This document shows positions 29,201-36,126 of a stretch of DNA of 36,126 nucleotides, piece by piece. The first letter of the stretch is position 1. Each line of letters starts with the position of its first letter. This DNA is from Eubacteriales bacterium (GTDB lineage Bacteria; Bacillota; Clostridia; Oscillospirales; CAG-272). The DNA is taken from the NCBI GenBank assembly GCA_028709565.1, contig JAQVWU010000001.1:1-36126 (forward strand). Reading direction: 5' to 3'. The translations under genes and the position numbers were made by a program. A model generated the notes under the pieces. It searched no databases. It saw nothing but the letters and a program-made list of their open reading frames with translations, and was not told where the DNA came from.

Positions 29201-29973
29201 CTCTCAACCAGCGGAGGTTCGCCGGGACGCAGTTTTTTATAGATTTCTTTCAGCGCCTCGTCGCCTGCTGATGTATTGTTCTTTTCGGCATCCATGGGCA
29301 TTGTATCCTTTTCCAGGGTTGCCGTAATCTTCGGATCATTTCCAAACAGCGCTTTTATTTCGGCATCGGTTTCGATACCCAGCGCTCGAATGAGGATTGT
29401 TACCGGTATCTTTCGATTTTTATCTATTCGTATATAAAACACATCGTTTGCGTCTGTTTCGCCTTCAAGCCACGCACCGCGATAAGGAATAACGGTAGAT
29501 TTAAAAACTCGTTTACCTGTCTTGTCTATTTCCGATTCATAATATATACCTGGCGAACGCACAATCTGTGAAACAATTACCCTTTCCGCCCCGTTTATAA
29601 CAAAAGTACCGTTTTCTGTCATAAGCGGAAAATCACCCATGAAGATTTCCCGGTCTATAACCTCTCCGGTTGATTTATTATACAATCTTACGGTTACCCG
29701 CAGGGGCGCGGCATAATTGACATCACGTTCTTTACATTCCTCAACCGGGTATTTTGGCTGAGAGTCTACCGAATACCGGACAAATTCAATATACAGATTA
29801 CAGGAATAATCGGTTATCGGTGAGACATCACGCAAAACTTCCATAAGCCCCTCATCAAAAAACCATTGATAAGATTTCTTCTGGACCTCAATCAGGTTTG
29901 GCATTTTTAACGCTTCATCGATTTTTGAGAAGCTCATTCTGACATTGTTGCCGAGTTTCTGTGGCTTGACCAT
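26248..29973 (-). CDS. rpoB: DNA-directed RNA polymerase subunit beta
   Basis: 1241 aa. The rifampicin-region sequence is [33 protein letters not shown], and [10 protein letters not shown] is present. The C-terminal extension is acidic. Confidence 0.95.
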   Translation of the reverse strand: MVKPQKLGNNVRMSFSKIDEALKMPNLIEVQKKSYQWFFDEGLMEVLRDVSPITDYSCNLYIEFVRYSVDSQPKYPVEECKERDVNYAAPLRVTVRLYNKSTGEVIDREIFMGDFPLMTENGTFVINGAERVIVSQIVRSPGIYYESEIDKTGKRVFKSTVIPYRGAWLEGETDANDVFYIRIDKNRKIPVTILIRALGIETDAEIKALFGNDPKITATLEKDTMPMDAEKNNTSAGDEALKEIYKKLRPGEPPLVESAQLLINNLFFDPKRYDLAYVGRYKFDKKLAIGKRIEECTLSRPVISPITGEFLFDEGELLDAEKALLIENSGVNEVFLRLENEMEIKVFSNGMTLPASVLGYDLKEIGINEKVKLSVLNEIVEQSEGDKDRLKELCRSRIGELVPKHITKDDIFASIYYLICLSHNIGTVDDIDHLGNRRLRSVGELLQNQLRIGFSRMEKIIKERMTIQDTESITPEALINIRPIVTAIREFFGSSPLSQFMDQNNPLAELTHKRRLSALGPGGLSRDRASFEVRDVHYTHYGRMCPIETPEGPNIGLISYLATYARINEYGFIEAPFRKVDKETGIVTDEIMYMTADVEDNYIVAQANEPLDKNNKFINKKVVARSRSEIIQVEATKADYMDVSPKMIVSVATSMIPFLENDDNSRALMGSNMQKQAVPLLISDSPIVGTGMEYKAAVDSGVVVCAREGGTVEKVTSDEITIRTDNGKKDVYHLIKFKRSNQGTCINQRPIVNKGDTVEAGRVIGDGPATSNGEISLGKNVLIGFMSWEGYNYEDAVLLNERLVRDDVYTSIHIEEYSHEARDTKLGPEEITREIPNVGDDALKDLTAEGIIRRGTEVRASDILVGKVTPKGETELTAEERLLRAIFGEKAREVRDTSLRLPHGESGIVVDVKTFSRENGDELPPGVNKVVRVYVAQKRKISVGDKMAGRHGNKGVVSRILPPEDMPFLPDGTPLDIVLNPLGVHSRMNIGQVLEVHLGIAAKRLGWKVMSPVFDGANEYDIMDCLEMAGLERNGKTILFDGRTGEQFDNPVTVGIMYYLKLHHLVDDKIHARSTGPYSLVTQQPLGGKAQFGGQRFGEMEVWALEAYGAAYTLQEILTVKSDDVTGRVKTYEAIVKGQNIPTPGVPESFKVLVKELQSLALDVRVLDRNGNEIELSTLSDDQESSGYVVAEDLGETVETDELLTSSYVEDTPAEEDQYADESEDDYAVNEEADFDDTEEI

Positions 29974-29993
29974 TAAGCATTCACTCCATTCTG

Positions 29994-30038
29994 AAAAATA
30001 AAACCATACCCTTAAAAATACTAATAAAACGGGAATGG
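29994..30038 (-). terminator. Terminator/attenuator-like hairpin inside the rpoB 5' leader
   Basis: Minus strand: CCATTCCC-(18-nt loop)-GGGTATGG (7 bp plus one mismatch), followed by TTTTATTTTT. It ends about 20 nt before the rpoB ATG and SD (GGAGTG). Confidence 0.4.
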
Positions 30039-30212
30039 AACAGAAAATATTAACGTTATTACTTTCACAACATGCTGGTTACAGTTGATTTTTAAGCACT
30101 AACTGTTAATAACTCCTTATTCTCACTTCCGAATACCGCAAAAGTAAAGGTATGACTTATATAAAACGCATATTTCGGGGTGTGTATTGATTTTCAAATC
30201 GAATTAAAGATA

Positions 30213-30241
30213 AGAATACCATAAAGCAACAATAAAGTCAA
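30213..30241 (-). promoter_or_regulatory. Candidate promoter for rpoB-rpoC (TTGACT - 17 nt - TGgTATTCT)
   Basis: Plus-strand AGTCAA at 30236-30241 and AGAATA at 30213-30218. This implies a leader of about 230 nt. Confidence 0.45.
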
Positions 30242-30305
30242 TGAAATATCGTTAACATTTATAGATTTTACAAAAATTTAATATTTTAATTTTATGTGAA
30301 AACCA

Positions 30306-30334
30306 TTGAAATTTTCGCCCATTAGTGCTAATAT
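30306..30334 (+). promoter_or_regulatory. Sigma-A promoter for rpsT (TTGAAA - 17 nt - TGcTAATAT)
   Basis: TTGAAA at 30306-30311, TG at 30326-30327, TAATAT at 30329-30334. Confidence 0.6.
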
Positions 30335-30428
30335 ATATTGATAATTATTATTCTTAAGTATATTCAGCTAATGAATACTTGGTTTAAAGATAATTTATGT
30401 TATTTAAGCAGTCAGGGAGGTGAAAAGT

Positions 30429-30695
30429 TTGCCTAATATCAAATCCGCAAAGAAACGTGTGCATGTTTCTGCCACAAAAACACTTCAAAACAAGATGCAT
30501 AAAACATCACTTAAAACAGCTATAAAGAAATATGATTCAGCTCTTGCAGCCGGAGATAAAGCTGCCGCTGTCGAAACATATAGAACAGCCGTTAAAAAGA
30601 TTGACCGTGCTGTCGCGCGCGGCATATTGCATAAAAACAACGCAGCCAGGAAAAAGAGCCGGTTTGCCGCAAAACTCAACAGCATGGGTGTATAA
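30429..30695 (+). CDS. rpsT: 30S ribosomal protein S20
   Basis: I prefer the TTG at 30429 ((M)PNIKSAKKRVHVS..., the canonical S20 N-terminus), 8 nt after GGAGG (30416-30420). The ORF-track GTG at 30420 lies inside the SD. Confidence 0.9.
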   Translation: MPNIKSAKKRVHVSATKTLQNKMHKTSLKTAIKKYDSALAAGDKAAAVETYRTAVKKIDRAVARGILHKNNAARKKSRFAAKLNSMGV

Positions 30696-30719
30696 TTTAA
30701 TACGATTCCGACACACAAG

Positions 30720-30750
30720 CAGCCAATCGAAAAGTTGGCTGTTTTCTTTT
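30720..30750 (+). terminator. Intrinsic terminator of rpsT
   Basis: CAGCCAA-tcgaaaag-TTGGCTG (7-bp stem) followed by TTTTCTTTT. Confidence 0.75.
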
Positions 30751-30765
30751 GTCATTTTACTTTTG

Positions 30766-31536
30766 TCATTTTATACGATAAATCCTTTTAGCGTTATTTA
30801 ATGTTATCTCACACAACTCTTCCGCGGTCATACCTTTCGCTTCGGCAATTACAGCCGCAGTGTAGCACAGATAATCAGATCTGTTCAGCTTTCCCCTCAT
30901 CGGATGAGGCGCCAGATAGGGACAGTCGGTTTCAATAAGCATATTCTGCGCCGGCACTGAACGCACCACATCGAGTATACGATTAGCATTCTTGAATGTA
31001 ACCACACCGGAAAAAGATATATACCAATCACGTTTTATTAATTCCGCAGCCGTTTCAGCGCTTCCGCTGAAGCTGTGAAATATGCCTTTAACAGTCGGAA
31101 ATGCACGTACCATATCCATACACGGACCGTGGGCTTCCCGATTATGTACAATAACCGGATAATCTGCTTCGGCAGCAAGTTCCATCTGCAGTCTGAACCA
31201 TTTCATCTGTGTCCCGCGGTCCGAGAAATCGTAATGGTAATCCAAACCAATCTCACCTACAGCTGCGACTTTTTCATGTGTGAGCTGACGCCTCAATATA
31301 TCCAGGGTCTTATTCTCATCAATTATCTGCGCTGTGTCGTGCGGATGTATGCCGACTGAGGCATAAAACTGCGGATATGCCTCAGCCAGCAATATCGATT
31401 CGTTGTTCGTGTTTATATTTGTGCCCGCGTTTAGTATATATTCCACGCAGTCGGAAAGCACTTCGGTTATAATGCTCTGCCGTTCTCCGTTGAATCGTTC
31501 GTCATTGTAATGCGCATGTGAGTCAAAAATCCGCAT
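30766..31536 (-). CDS. tatD: TatD family metal-dependent hydrolase (YabD-like)
   Basis: 256 aa. The N-terminus is MRIFDSHAHYND, with GEIGLDYHY, FHSFSG and ETDCPYLAP motifs. Its ATG overlaps the metG stop codon (ATAATG). Confidence 0.9.
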   Translation of the reverse strand: MRIFDSHAHYNDERFNGERQSIITEVLSDCVEYILNAGTNINTNNESILLAEAYPQFYASVGIHPHDTAQIIDENKTLDILRRQLTHEKVAAVGEIGLDYHYDFSDRGTQMKWFRLQMELAAEADYPVIVHNREAHGPCMDMVRAFPTVKGIFHSFSGSAETAAELIKRDWYISFSGVVTFKNANRILDVVRSVPAQNMLIETDCPYLAPHPMRGKLNRSDYLCYTAAVIAEAKGMTAEELCEITLNNAKRIYRIK

Positions 31537-33476
31537 TATCTTATCCGTTCGCCGATGGGAATATCGTCATTCAGGAACAGAACACGCACGGTTTCTTCGC
31601 CCGAAGCAAGTATCATACCGTTACTGTCCACACCGCGCAGCGTCACCGGCTTAAGATTAGCCGCGACAATTACCTTTTTCCCGACAAGGTCCTCCGGCTG
31701 ATAAAACTTCGCAATGCCGGAAACCACCTGCCGTTTTTCATAGCCAAGATCGACCTGAAGTTTAAGAAGGTTTTTGGCTTTCGGAATCGGTTCGGCAGCG
31801 ATAATACGGGCAGTGCGCAGCTCGACGTTCATAAAATCATCCATATCGATTTTATCGACTTTTTCGGATGCGGGTTCCGCGTCAGTCTTGTCATCGTTTT
31901 CGGCTTCATCCGGGTTATGATTTTCTCCGATCTCTTTGAGGAGTTTTGTTTCATCAATCCGCTCAAACAAAACGGTCGCTTCTCCGATTTTATCTCCGGA
32001 GGTCAATCCGCCGAATATCAGACTGTCTTCATCCGTTCCCAGCTGGTTAAGTATCTTTTCGGCCGTCTCGGTTATAAAAGGCCATAAAAGGACCGCCCCG
32101 ATACGTATTGTTTCCAGCAGATTGTATAAAACCGCGGAGAGTCTGGGTCTGTCGGATTCATTTCTGGCCAAAACCCACGGGGTGTTTTCATCAATGTATT
32201 TATTCGCGCGGTGCAGCATATCGAATATACTTTCAACCGCGTCGGCTATCCTGTAATCATTCATGTATGAATCAACACAGGCGACGGTATTGTTTACCGT
32301 TTTTATAAGTTCCTCGTCAGATTTTGTTTTGGCTTCAGTACTGACCGGAACGGTTCCGTTAAAGTATTTTTTTACCATATCAAGCGTACGTTTGACCAGA
32401 TTTCCGAGATTATTGGCCAAATCGGCGTTATAACGCGCGATCATGCTCTCATAGGTAATACTGCCGTCCGTCGCATACGGCATTTCCGATAGGCAATAAT
32501 GCCGAACACCGTCAACACCGAAATAACGCACAAGATCATCCGCGTACAATACGTTTCCGCGTGATTTCGACATTTTATCCATACCAAAATTGAACCACGG
32601 ATGGCCGAATATTTTCCGGGGCAGGGGTATATCAAGGGCCATGAGCATGATTATCCAGTAAATACTGTGAAAGCGCATAATGTCTTTGCCGATGATATGC
32701 ACATCGGCGGGCCAGTATTTCGCATACAATCCGTCGGGACCTCCGTTGTCCTCGGTATTATATCCAAGCGCGGTTATATAGTTTGACAACGCGTCAATCC
32801 ATACATAAATAACATGTTTATCGTCAAAATCGACGGGGATGCCCCATTTAAAGGATGTTCGCGAAACGCATAAATCCTGCAGTCCCGGCAACAGGAAATT
32901 GTTAAGCATTTCCTTCTTGCGTGATTCCGGTTCGATAAACCCGGGATTATCTTCGATATATTTAATCAGACGATCGGTATATTTACTAAGACGCAGAAAA
33001 TACGCTTCCTCCTTCATACGCTGGACGGGCCGGCCGCATTCAGGGCATTTATCATCTTTAATCTGCGTATCGGGGTAAAACGTTTCGTCCGGTATACAAT
33101 ACCAGCCTTCATATACACCTTTATATATATCGCCTTGTTTATATAGCTTATTGAATATTTTCTGAACGCCGCGTTCGTGATAATCGTCGGTGGTACGTAT
33201 AAACTTGTCATAACTGGTGTTCATCATATCCCATATACCGCGGATCTGTTCGGTAACCTCGTCTACATATTCTTTGGGGGTCATGTTTCGTTCTTTTGCA
33301 TAACCTTCGATTTTCAAACCGTGTTCATCGGTTCCGGTCAAAAAAAACACATCAAAACCGTGCTGCCTTTTGTATCGGGCAACGGCGTCGGTCATTATTA
33401 CCTCATATGTATTTCCTATATGAGGTTTGCGGGACGCGTAAGCTATCGCGGTTGTTATATAAAATTTCTCTTTCAT
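31536..33476 (-). CDS. metG: Methionine--tRNA ligase (with C-terminal tRNA-binding domain)
   Basis: I prefer the ATG at 33476 (MKEKFYITTAIAYASRKPHIGN; GAGGT SD). The KMSKS motif is present, and the C-terminal region (LRTARIIAAEPIPKAKNLLKLQVDLG) is EMAP/Trbp111-like. Confidence 0.95.
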   Translation of the reverse strand: MKEKFYITTAIAYASRKPHIGNTYEVIMTDAVARYKRQHGFDVFFLTGTDEHGLKIEGYAKERNMTPKEYVDEVTEQIRGIWDMMNTSYDKFIRTTDDYHERGVQKIFNKLYKQGDIYKGVYEGWYCIPDETFYPDTQIKDDKCPECGRPVQRMKEEAYFLRLSKYTDRLIKYIEDNPGFIEPESRKKEMLNNFLLPGLQDLCVSRTSFKWGIPVDFDDKHVIYVWIDALSNYITALGYNTEDNGGPDGLYAKYWPADVHIIGKDIMRFHSIYWIIMLMALDIPLPRKIFGHPWFNFGMDKMSKSRGNVLYADDLVRYFGVDGVRHYCLSEMPYATDGSITYESMIARYNADLANNLGNLVKRTLDMVKKYFNGTVPVSTEAKTKSDEELIKTVNNTVACVDSYMNDYRIADAVESIFDMLHRANKYIDENTPWVLARNESDRPRLSAVLYNLLETIRIGAVLLWPFITETAEKILNQLGTDEDSLIFGGLTSGDKIGEATVLFERIDETKLLKEIGENHNPDEAENDDKTDAEPASEKVDKIDMDDFMNVELRTARIIAAEPIPKAKNLLKLQVDLGYEKRQVVSGIAKFYQPEDLVGKKVIVAANLKPVTLRGVDSNGMILASGEETVRVLFLNDDIPIGERIR

Positions 33477-33539
33477 AAAATTTACCTCTGTCATTCCCTG
33501 GTATTCCTGTTTTTATATTATGCGGTCCGGCAGCCAAAT

Positions 33540-34652
33540 TTATTCATATATGACACCGCCGGCAATCGTATATTTTAAATCATTTTTATTGTTTGATACC
33601 ACACATAAATCAGCGCTTCTGCCCGTATCGATTATACCGGCAAATGAGTCAAAACCAACCATTCGGGCAGGATTTTCCGTAGCGCAGATAACGGCTTCTT
33701 CAAATGATGCTCCCGTAAACTTCATCAGATTTATCATTCCGTCAAAAAGATCCAATGTGCTGCCCGCAATGGTCCCGTCGCCGGTCAGGGCCACTTTATT
33801 GCTGATCCTGATATTATGACCCGAAATATTAAATTCACCGTCTCCGTAACCTGTCGCGCTTATAGAGTCGGTTATCAGCACAAAACGGTCGTGTCTTTTT
33901 GCCCGCCATGAAAGTTCGATAATTTCCGGAACCAGATGAACGCCGTCGCATATAAACTCCGCGTATGCATCGGAAAGCAAAGCGGCGCTGGCACACCCCG
34001 GCATTCGGTGATGAATCGGACTCATCGCGTTGAAAGTATGTGTAAATGAGTTAACTCCCCAGGAGAGCGCCTGCAGACATTCACCGTAAGTCGCGTCACT
34101 GTGACCGATTCCGACGGTTGCACCGTGTGACAACGCGGCGCGGCAGAACGCTTCCCCGCCCTCCAGTTCCGGCGCCGTGGTGATATGCACAACCAGCGGC
34201 TGCATATAATTTATCAGCGTTTCAAGCTCCGCAGAATCCGGCTTGACAAACAGAGTAGAATTATGCGCTCCCTTCCGTTTTGCGTTCATATAACGTCCTT
34301 CCAGATGAATTCCTTTAAATCCGGCTTGTTTTATATTTTTAATGGAGGACATCCAATTTTCAAGCGTTGTCGTCCCGATAGAAGGCATAACAGCGGTTGT
34401 GCCGGCCTTCGCATAGTCAGCGCGCATAAACTGCATCTCCTCAGCCGCAGCCGAATCGAAACCATAACCGCCCCGTCCGTGCGTGTGTACATCAACCAGC
34501 CCCGGTATAACAAATTCAAGTGAAGGGTCGCTGTTCTCATCGGTGTAGTTTACAGCTGTAATAACACCGCCGCAAATATCAATGTTTCCCCTTAAAAACC
34601 GTTTTTCGGCGGTATTAAATATATTAATATTTTTAAGATGCAATTCATTCAT
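33540..34652 (-). CDS. nagA: N-acetylglucosamine-6-phosphate deacetylase
   Basis: 370 aa. Motifs include PGLVDVHTHG, IHLEG, IGHSDAT and THTFNAM. SD is AGGTGA. Confidence 0.9.
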   Translation of the reverse strand: MNELHLKNINIFNTAEKRFLRGNIDICGGVITAVNYTDENSDPSLEFVIPGLVDVHTHGRGGYGFDSAAAEEMQFMRADYAKAGTTAVMPSIGTTTLENWMSSIKNIKQAGFKGIHLEGRYMNAKRKGAHNSTLFVKPDSAELETLINYMQPLVVHITTAPELEGGEAFCRAALSHGATVGIGHSDATYGECLQALSWGVNSFTHTFNAMSPIHHRMPGCASAALLSDAYAEFICDGVHLVPEIIELSWRAKRHDRFVLITDSISATGYGDGEFNISGHNIRISNKVALTGDGTIAGSTLDLFDGMINLMKFTGASFEEAVICATENPARMVGFDSFAGIIDTGRSADLCVVSNNKNDLKYTIAGGVIYE

Positions 34653-34689
34653 CTTATATCACCTGCCCTGCAATCGTTATTAATATAAT

Positions 34690-34718
34690 ATTATATAAAA
34701 AAAATGCAATAAAAGCAA
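34690..34718 (-). promoter_or_regulatory. Candidate promoter for nagA(-metG-tatD) (TTGCTT - 17 nt - TATAAT)
   Basis: Plus-strand AAGCAA at 34713-34718 and ATTATA at 34690-34695. Motif match only, in a very AT-rich region. Confidence 0.35.
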
Positions 34719-34830
34719 TACATTAAACAAAATTAAAAGTGCTTTTTCACTTTTAACAAAACCAAATAGCCTAACCTTGCAGGATACACAAAAAAACCTC
34801 ACCTCTGCGGATAATAATTTTCAAAAAATC

Positions 34831-34859
34831 TGTACTTTTATATAACCTTGTGTTATAAT
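34831..34859 (+). promoter_or_regulatory. Candidate promoter for the oxidoreductase gene (weak -35 TGTACT, extended -10 TGtTATAAT)
   Basis: TATAAT at 34854-34859 is preceded by TGt. The leader to the ATG at 34924 is about 60 nt. Confidence 0.4.
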
Positions 34860-34923
34860 ACAGGCAAAGCACATAATAAACTCAAAACCACAAACATAAT
34901 ACATAATAACAGAGGAAACACTA

Positions 34924-35931
34924 ATGTCAGGACTCAAAATGGGCTTCATAGGCCACGGAAGCATAACAGGCTCACACCGCAACGGCTATAATACGCTGAA
35001 TAACGAAGGATTTCCCGTATCGATAGACGCTGTTTGCGATATCCGACAGGAGAAACTGGAAAATATCGGAGAGTCGCGCGCCTATACATCAATACAGGAT
35101 TTCTTTGACGGCGAAGAGGGTAAACTTGATTTCGTTGATATCTGCCTGCCGACATTCCTGCACGCTGATACCGCGATTGAAGCTATGGAACGCGGATTCC
35201 ACGTACTTGTCGAAAAACCGATGGCACTGACCTACGAGGATTGCGTGCGGATGTGCGAAGCAGCTAAGCGTACCGGCAAAACGCTCATGGTCGCACAGTG
35301 CTGCCGCTTCGGTAACTTCGCGATAGCTGTACGCGATTATATTAAAAAAGGAATATTCGGCAAACCGAAAACAGCCTGCCTTAAACGGGACGGCGGAACC
35401 CCCCGCTGGTCGTGGAATGACTGGTTCCTAAAAGAAGAGCTGTCCGGCGGCGCCATACTTGACCTGCACGTCCATGACGTCGATATGATGCAGGATTTCT
35501 TCGGTATTCCCGAAGCGGTCAGCTCCGGTGCCAGCCGCATTATACCGGGGGACGGACCTGATATCGTCAGCACTAACTACTATTACTCAAACGGACTCTT
35601 TACCCACTCTACCTCCGACTGGACTACCGAAAATAATAAGTATTACGGCAGTCTCGGACGTATTGACTTCGTGGGAGGCTATATCATATCAGCAAGCTTC
35701 GCAGGTCAATATGTGTTCGCCGCCGTACCCTCCAAGGGCGATATTATTGACCTTAATACCGTATATGCACCCAATGATTTCTATACCGAGGAAATTCGCT
35801 ACTTCACCCGCTGTATCAAAGAAGGACTCCCCGTCGATATGTGTACCCCCGAAAGCTCCGCGCAGTCTATACGTATCGCTCTCGCTGAAAAGGAAAGCGC
35901 AGAACGCGGCGGCGAACGAATAACTCTGTAA
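34924..35931 (+). CDS. Gfo/Idh/MocA family NAD(P)-dependent oxidoreductase
   Basis: 335 aa. The N-terminal Rossmann motif is GFIGHGSI, and the family EKP motif is present (VLVEKPMALT). SD is AGAGGAAA. Confidence 0.85.
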   Translation: MSGLKMGFIGHGSITGSHRNGYNTLNNEGFPVSIDAVCDIRQEKLENIGESRAYTSIQDFFDGEEGKLDFVDICLPTFLHADTAIEAMERGFHVLVEKPMALTYEDCVRMCEAAKRTGKTLMVAQCCRFGNFAIAVRDYIKKGIFGKPKTACLKRDGGTPRWSWNDWFLKEELSGGAILDLHVHDVDMMQDFFGIPEAVSSGASRIIPGDGPDIVSTNYYYSNGLFTHSTSDWTTENNKYYGSLGRIDFVGGYIISASFAGQYVFAAVPSKGDIIDLNTVYAPNDFYTEEIRYFTRCIKEGLPVDMCTPESSAQSIRIALAEKESAERGGERITL

Positions 35932-35992
35932 TTTGCATCTCAAACCCATCTCCCGTTGTATTGTGTATGAACATATCAGGATTCAAACAGGA

Positions 35993-36126
35993 ATCGAGCA
36001 GGAGGCTAACCATTAATTGATTAGCCGACCTCTCACACCACCGTACGTACCGTTCAGTATACGGCGGTTCAATCGTAAACATGCAGAGACTTGTACTTTT
36101 GGGATATATCAAAATATCCTGCTTGT
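35993..36126 (-). mobile_element. Probable 3' end (end of domain IV ORF, domain V, domain VI) of a class C-like group II intron; the body of the element lies beyond the right window edge
   Basis: Minus strand 36067->36038 reads CCGCCGTATACTGAACGGTACGTACGGTGG. This gives a 9-bp lower helix (CCGCCGUAU/GUACGGUGG), an AC bulge and a short capped upper helix, which is the domain V architecture with a CGC triad. A 39-nt imperfect hairpin (36034->35996) sits in the domain VI position. A frame open from the right edge (36125->36069, QAGYFDISQKYKSLHVYD*) stops directly before domain V. The 3' boundary (about 35993) is a guess. Confidence 0.5.

Noticed and set aside
26248-29973. Antisense ORFs inside large housekeeping genes. 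Examples are 27113..27538 and 28781..29146 in rpoB, 22837..25632 in rpoC, 14162..14989 in recD2, 17963..19197 in tuf, 19809..21137 in fusA, and 31518..33578 in metG.
   Set aside because: All lie opposite strongly supported conserved CDSs. They lack SDs and have Ser/Arg/Pro-rich or low-complexity compositions typical of antisense frames.
35867-36112. 81-aa minus-strand ORF (MIYPKSTSLCMFTIEPPYTERYVRWCERS...).
   Set aside because: It runs through the domain V/VI-like hairpins and overlaps the end of the oxidoreductase gene. It has no SD and is best explained as translation of structured non-coding RNA.
1-36126. I looked across the whole window for CRISPR arrays, defence islands, toxin-antitoxin pairs, prophage or integrase genes, and large direct or inverted repeats.
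   Set aside because: No repeat-spacer periodicity was seen. There are no integrase, transposase or restriction-type ORFs in the six-frame track, and no small adjacent ORF pairs in the intergenic gaps. The only mobile-element signal is the intron-like edge at 35993-36126. This was by-eye inspection only, so dispersed or degenerate repeats could have been missed.

Overview
This is a 36.1-kb chromosomal segment with Firmicutes/Clostridia-like gene content and signals: GGAGG-type ribosome-binding sites (SDs), TTGACA/TATAAT promoters with TGn extensions, and S-box and RFN leaders. Almost all of it is core housekeeping.

Minus strand:
- rpoB-rpoC-rpsL-rpsG-fusA-tuf.
- An FMN riboswitch followed by the riboflavin ECF S-component gene ribU.
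- A SAM riboswitch followed by metK.
- A tightly packed recD2-comFC-(divergent mreB-like)-cotH-like string.
- nagA-metG-tatD.
- A GH2 beta-mannosidase-like gene.
- A stand-alone tRNA-Arg(CCG).

Plus strand:
- A Crp/Fnr regulator, divergent from a 4Fe-4S gene that is cut by the left window edge.
- L25/Ctc and a CarD-like regulator.
- An uncharacterised 303-aa protein.
- fhs-tsaE-tsaB-rpiB.
- rpsT.
- A Gfo/Idh/MocA oxidoreductase.

I found no CRISPR array, prophage, toxin-antitoxin pair or recognisable defence island, and no convincing wholly novel multi-gene system.

Items most worth a second look:
1. The right edge (35993-36126, minus strand) looks like the 3' end (domains V and VI) of a class C group II intron.
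2. The recD2-comFC-mreB-like-cotH string contains an MreB paralog whose nucleotide-binding motifs look degenerate.
3. The metK SAM-I riboswitch seems to lack the P4 hairpin.
4. A perfect palindrome lies about -41.5 from the predicted start of the 4Fe-4S gene, next to the Crp/Fnr regulator.
5. Ribosomal protein S12 carries Arg at the Lys88-equivalent streptomycin-resistance position.

Several ORF-track starts were moved to downstream SD-supported starts. All family assignments rest on motifs read by eye, not on database searches.
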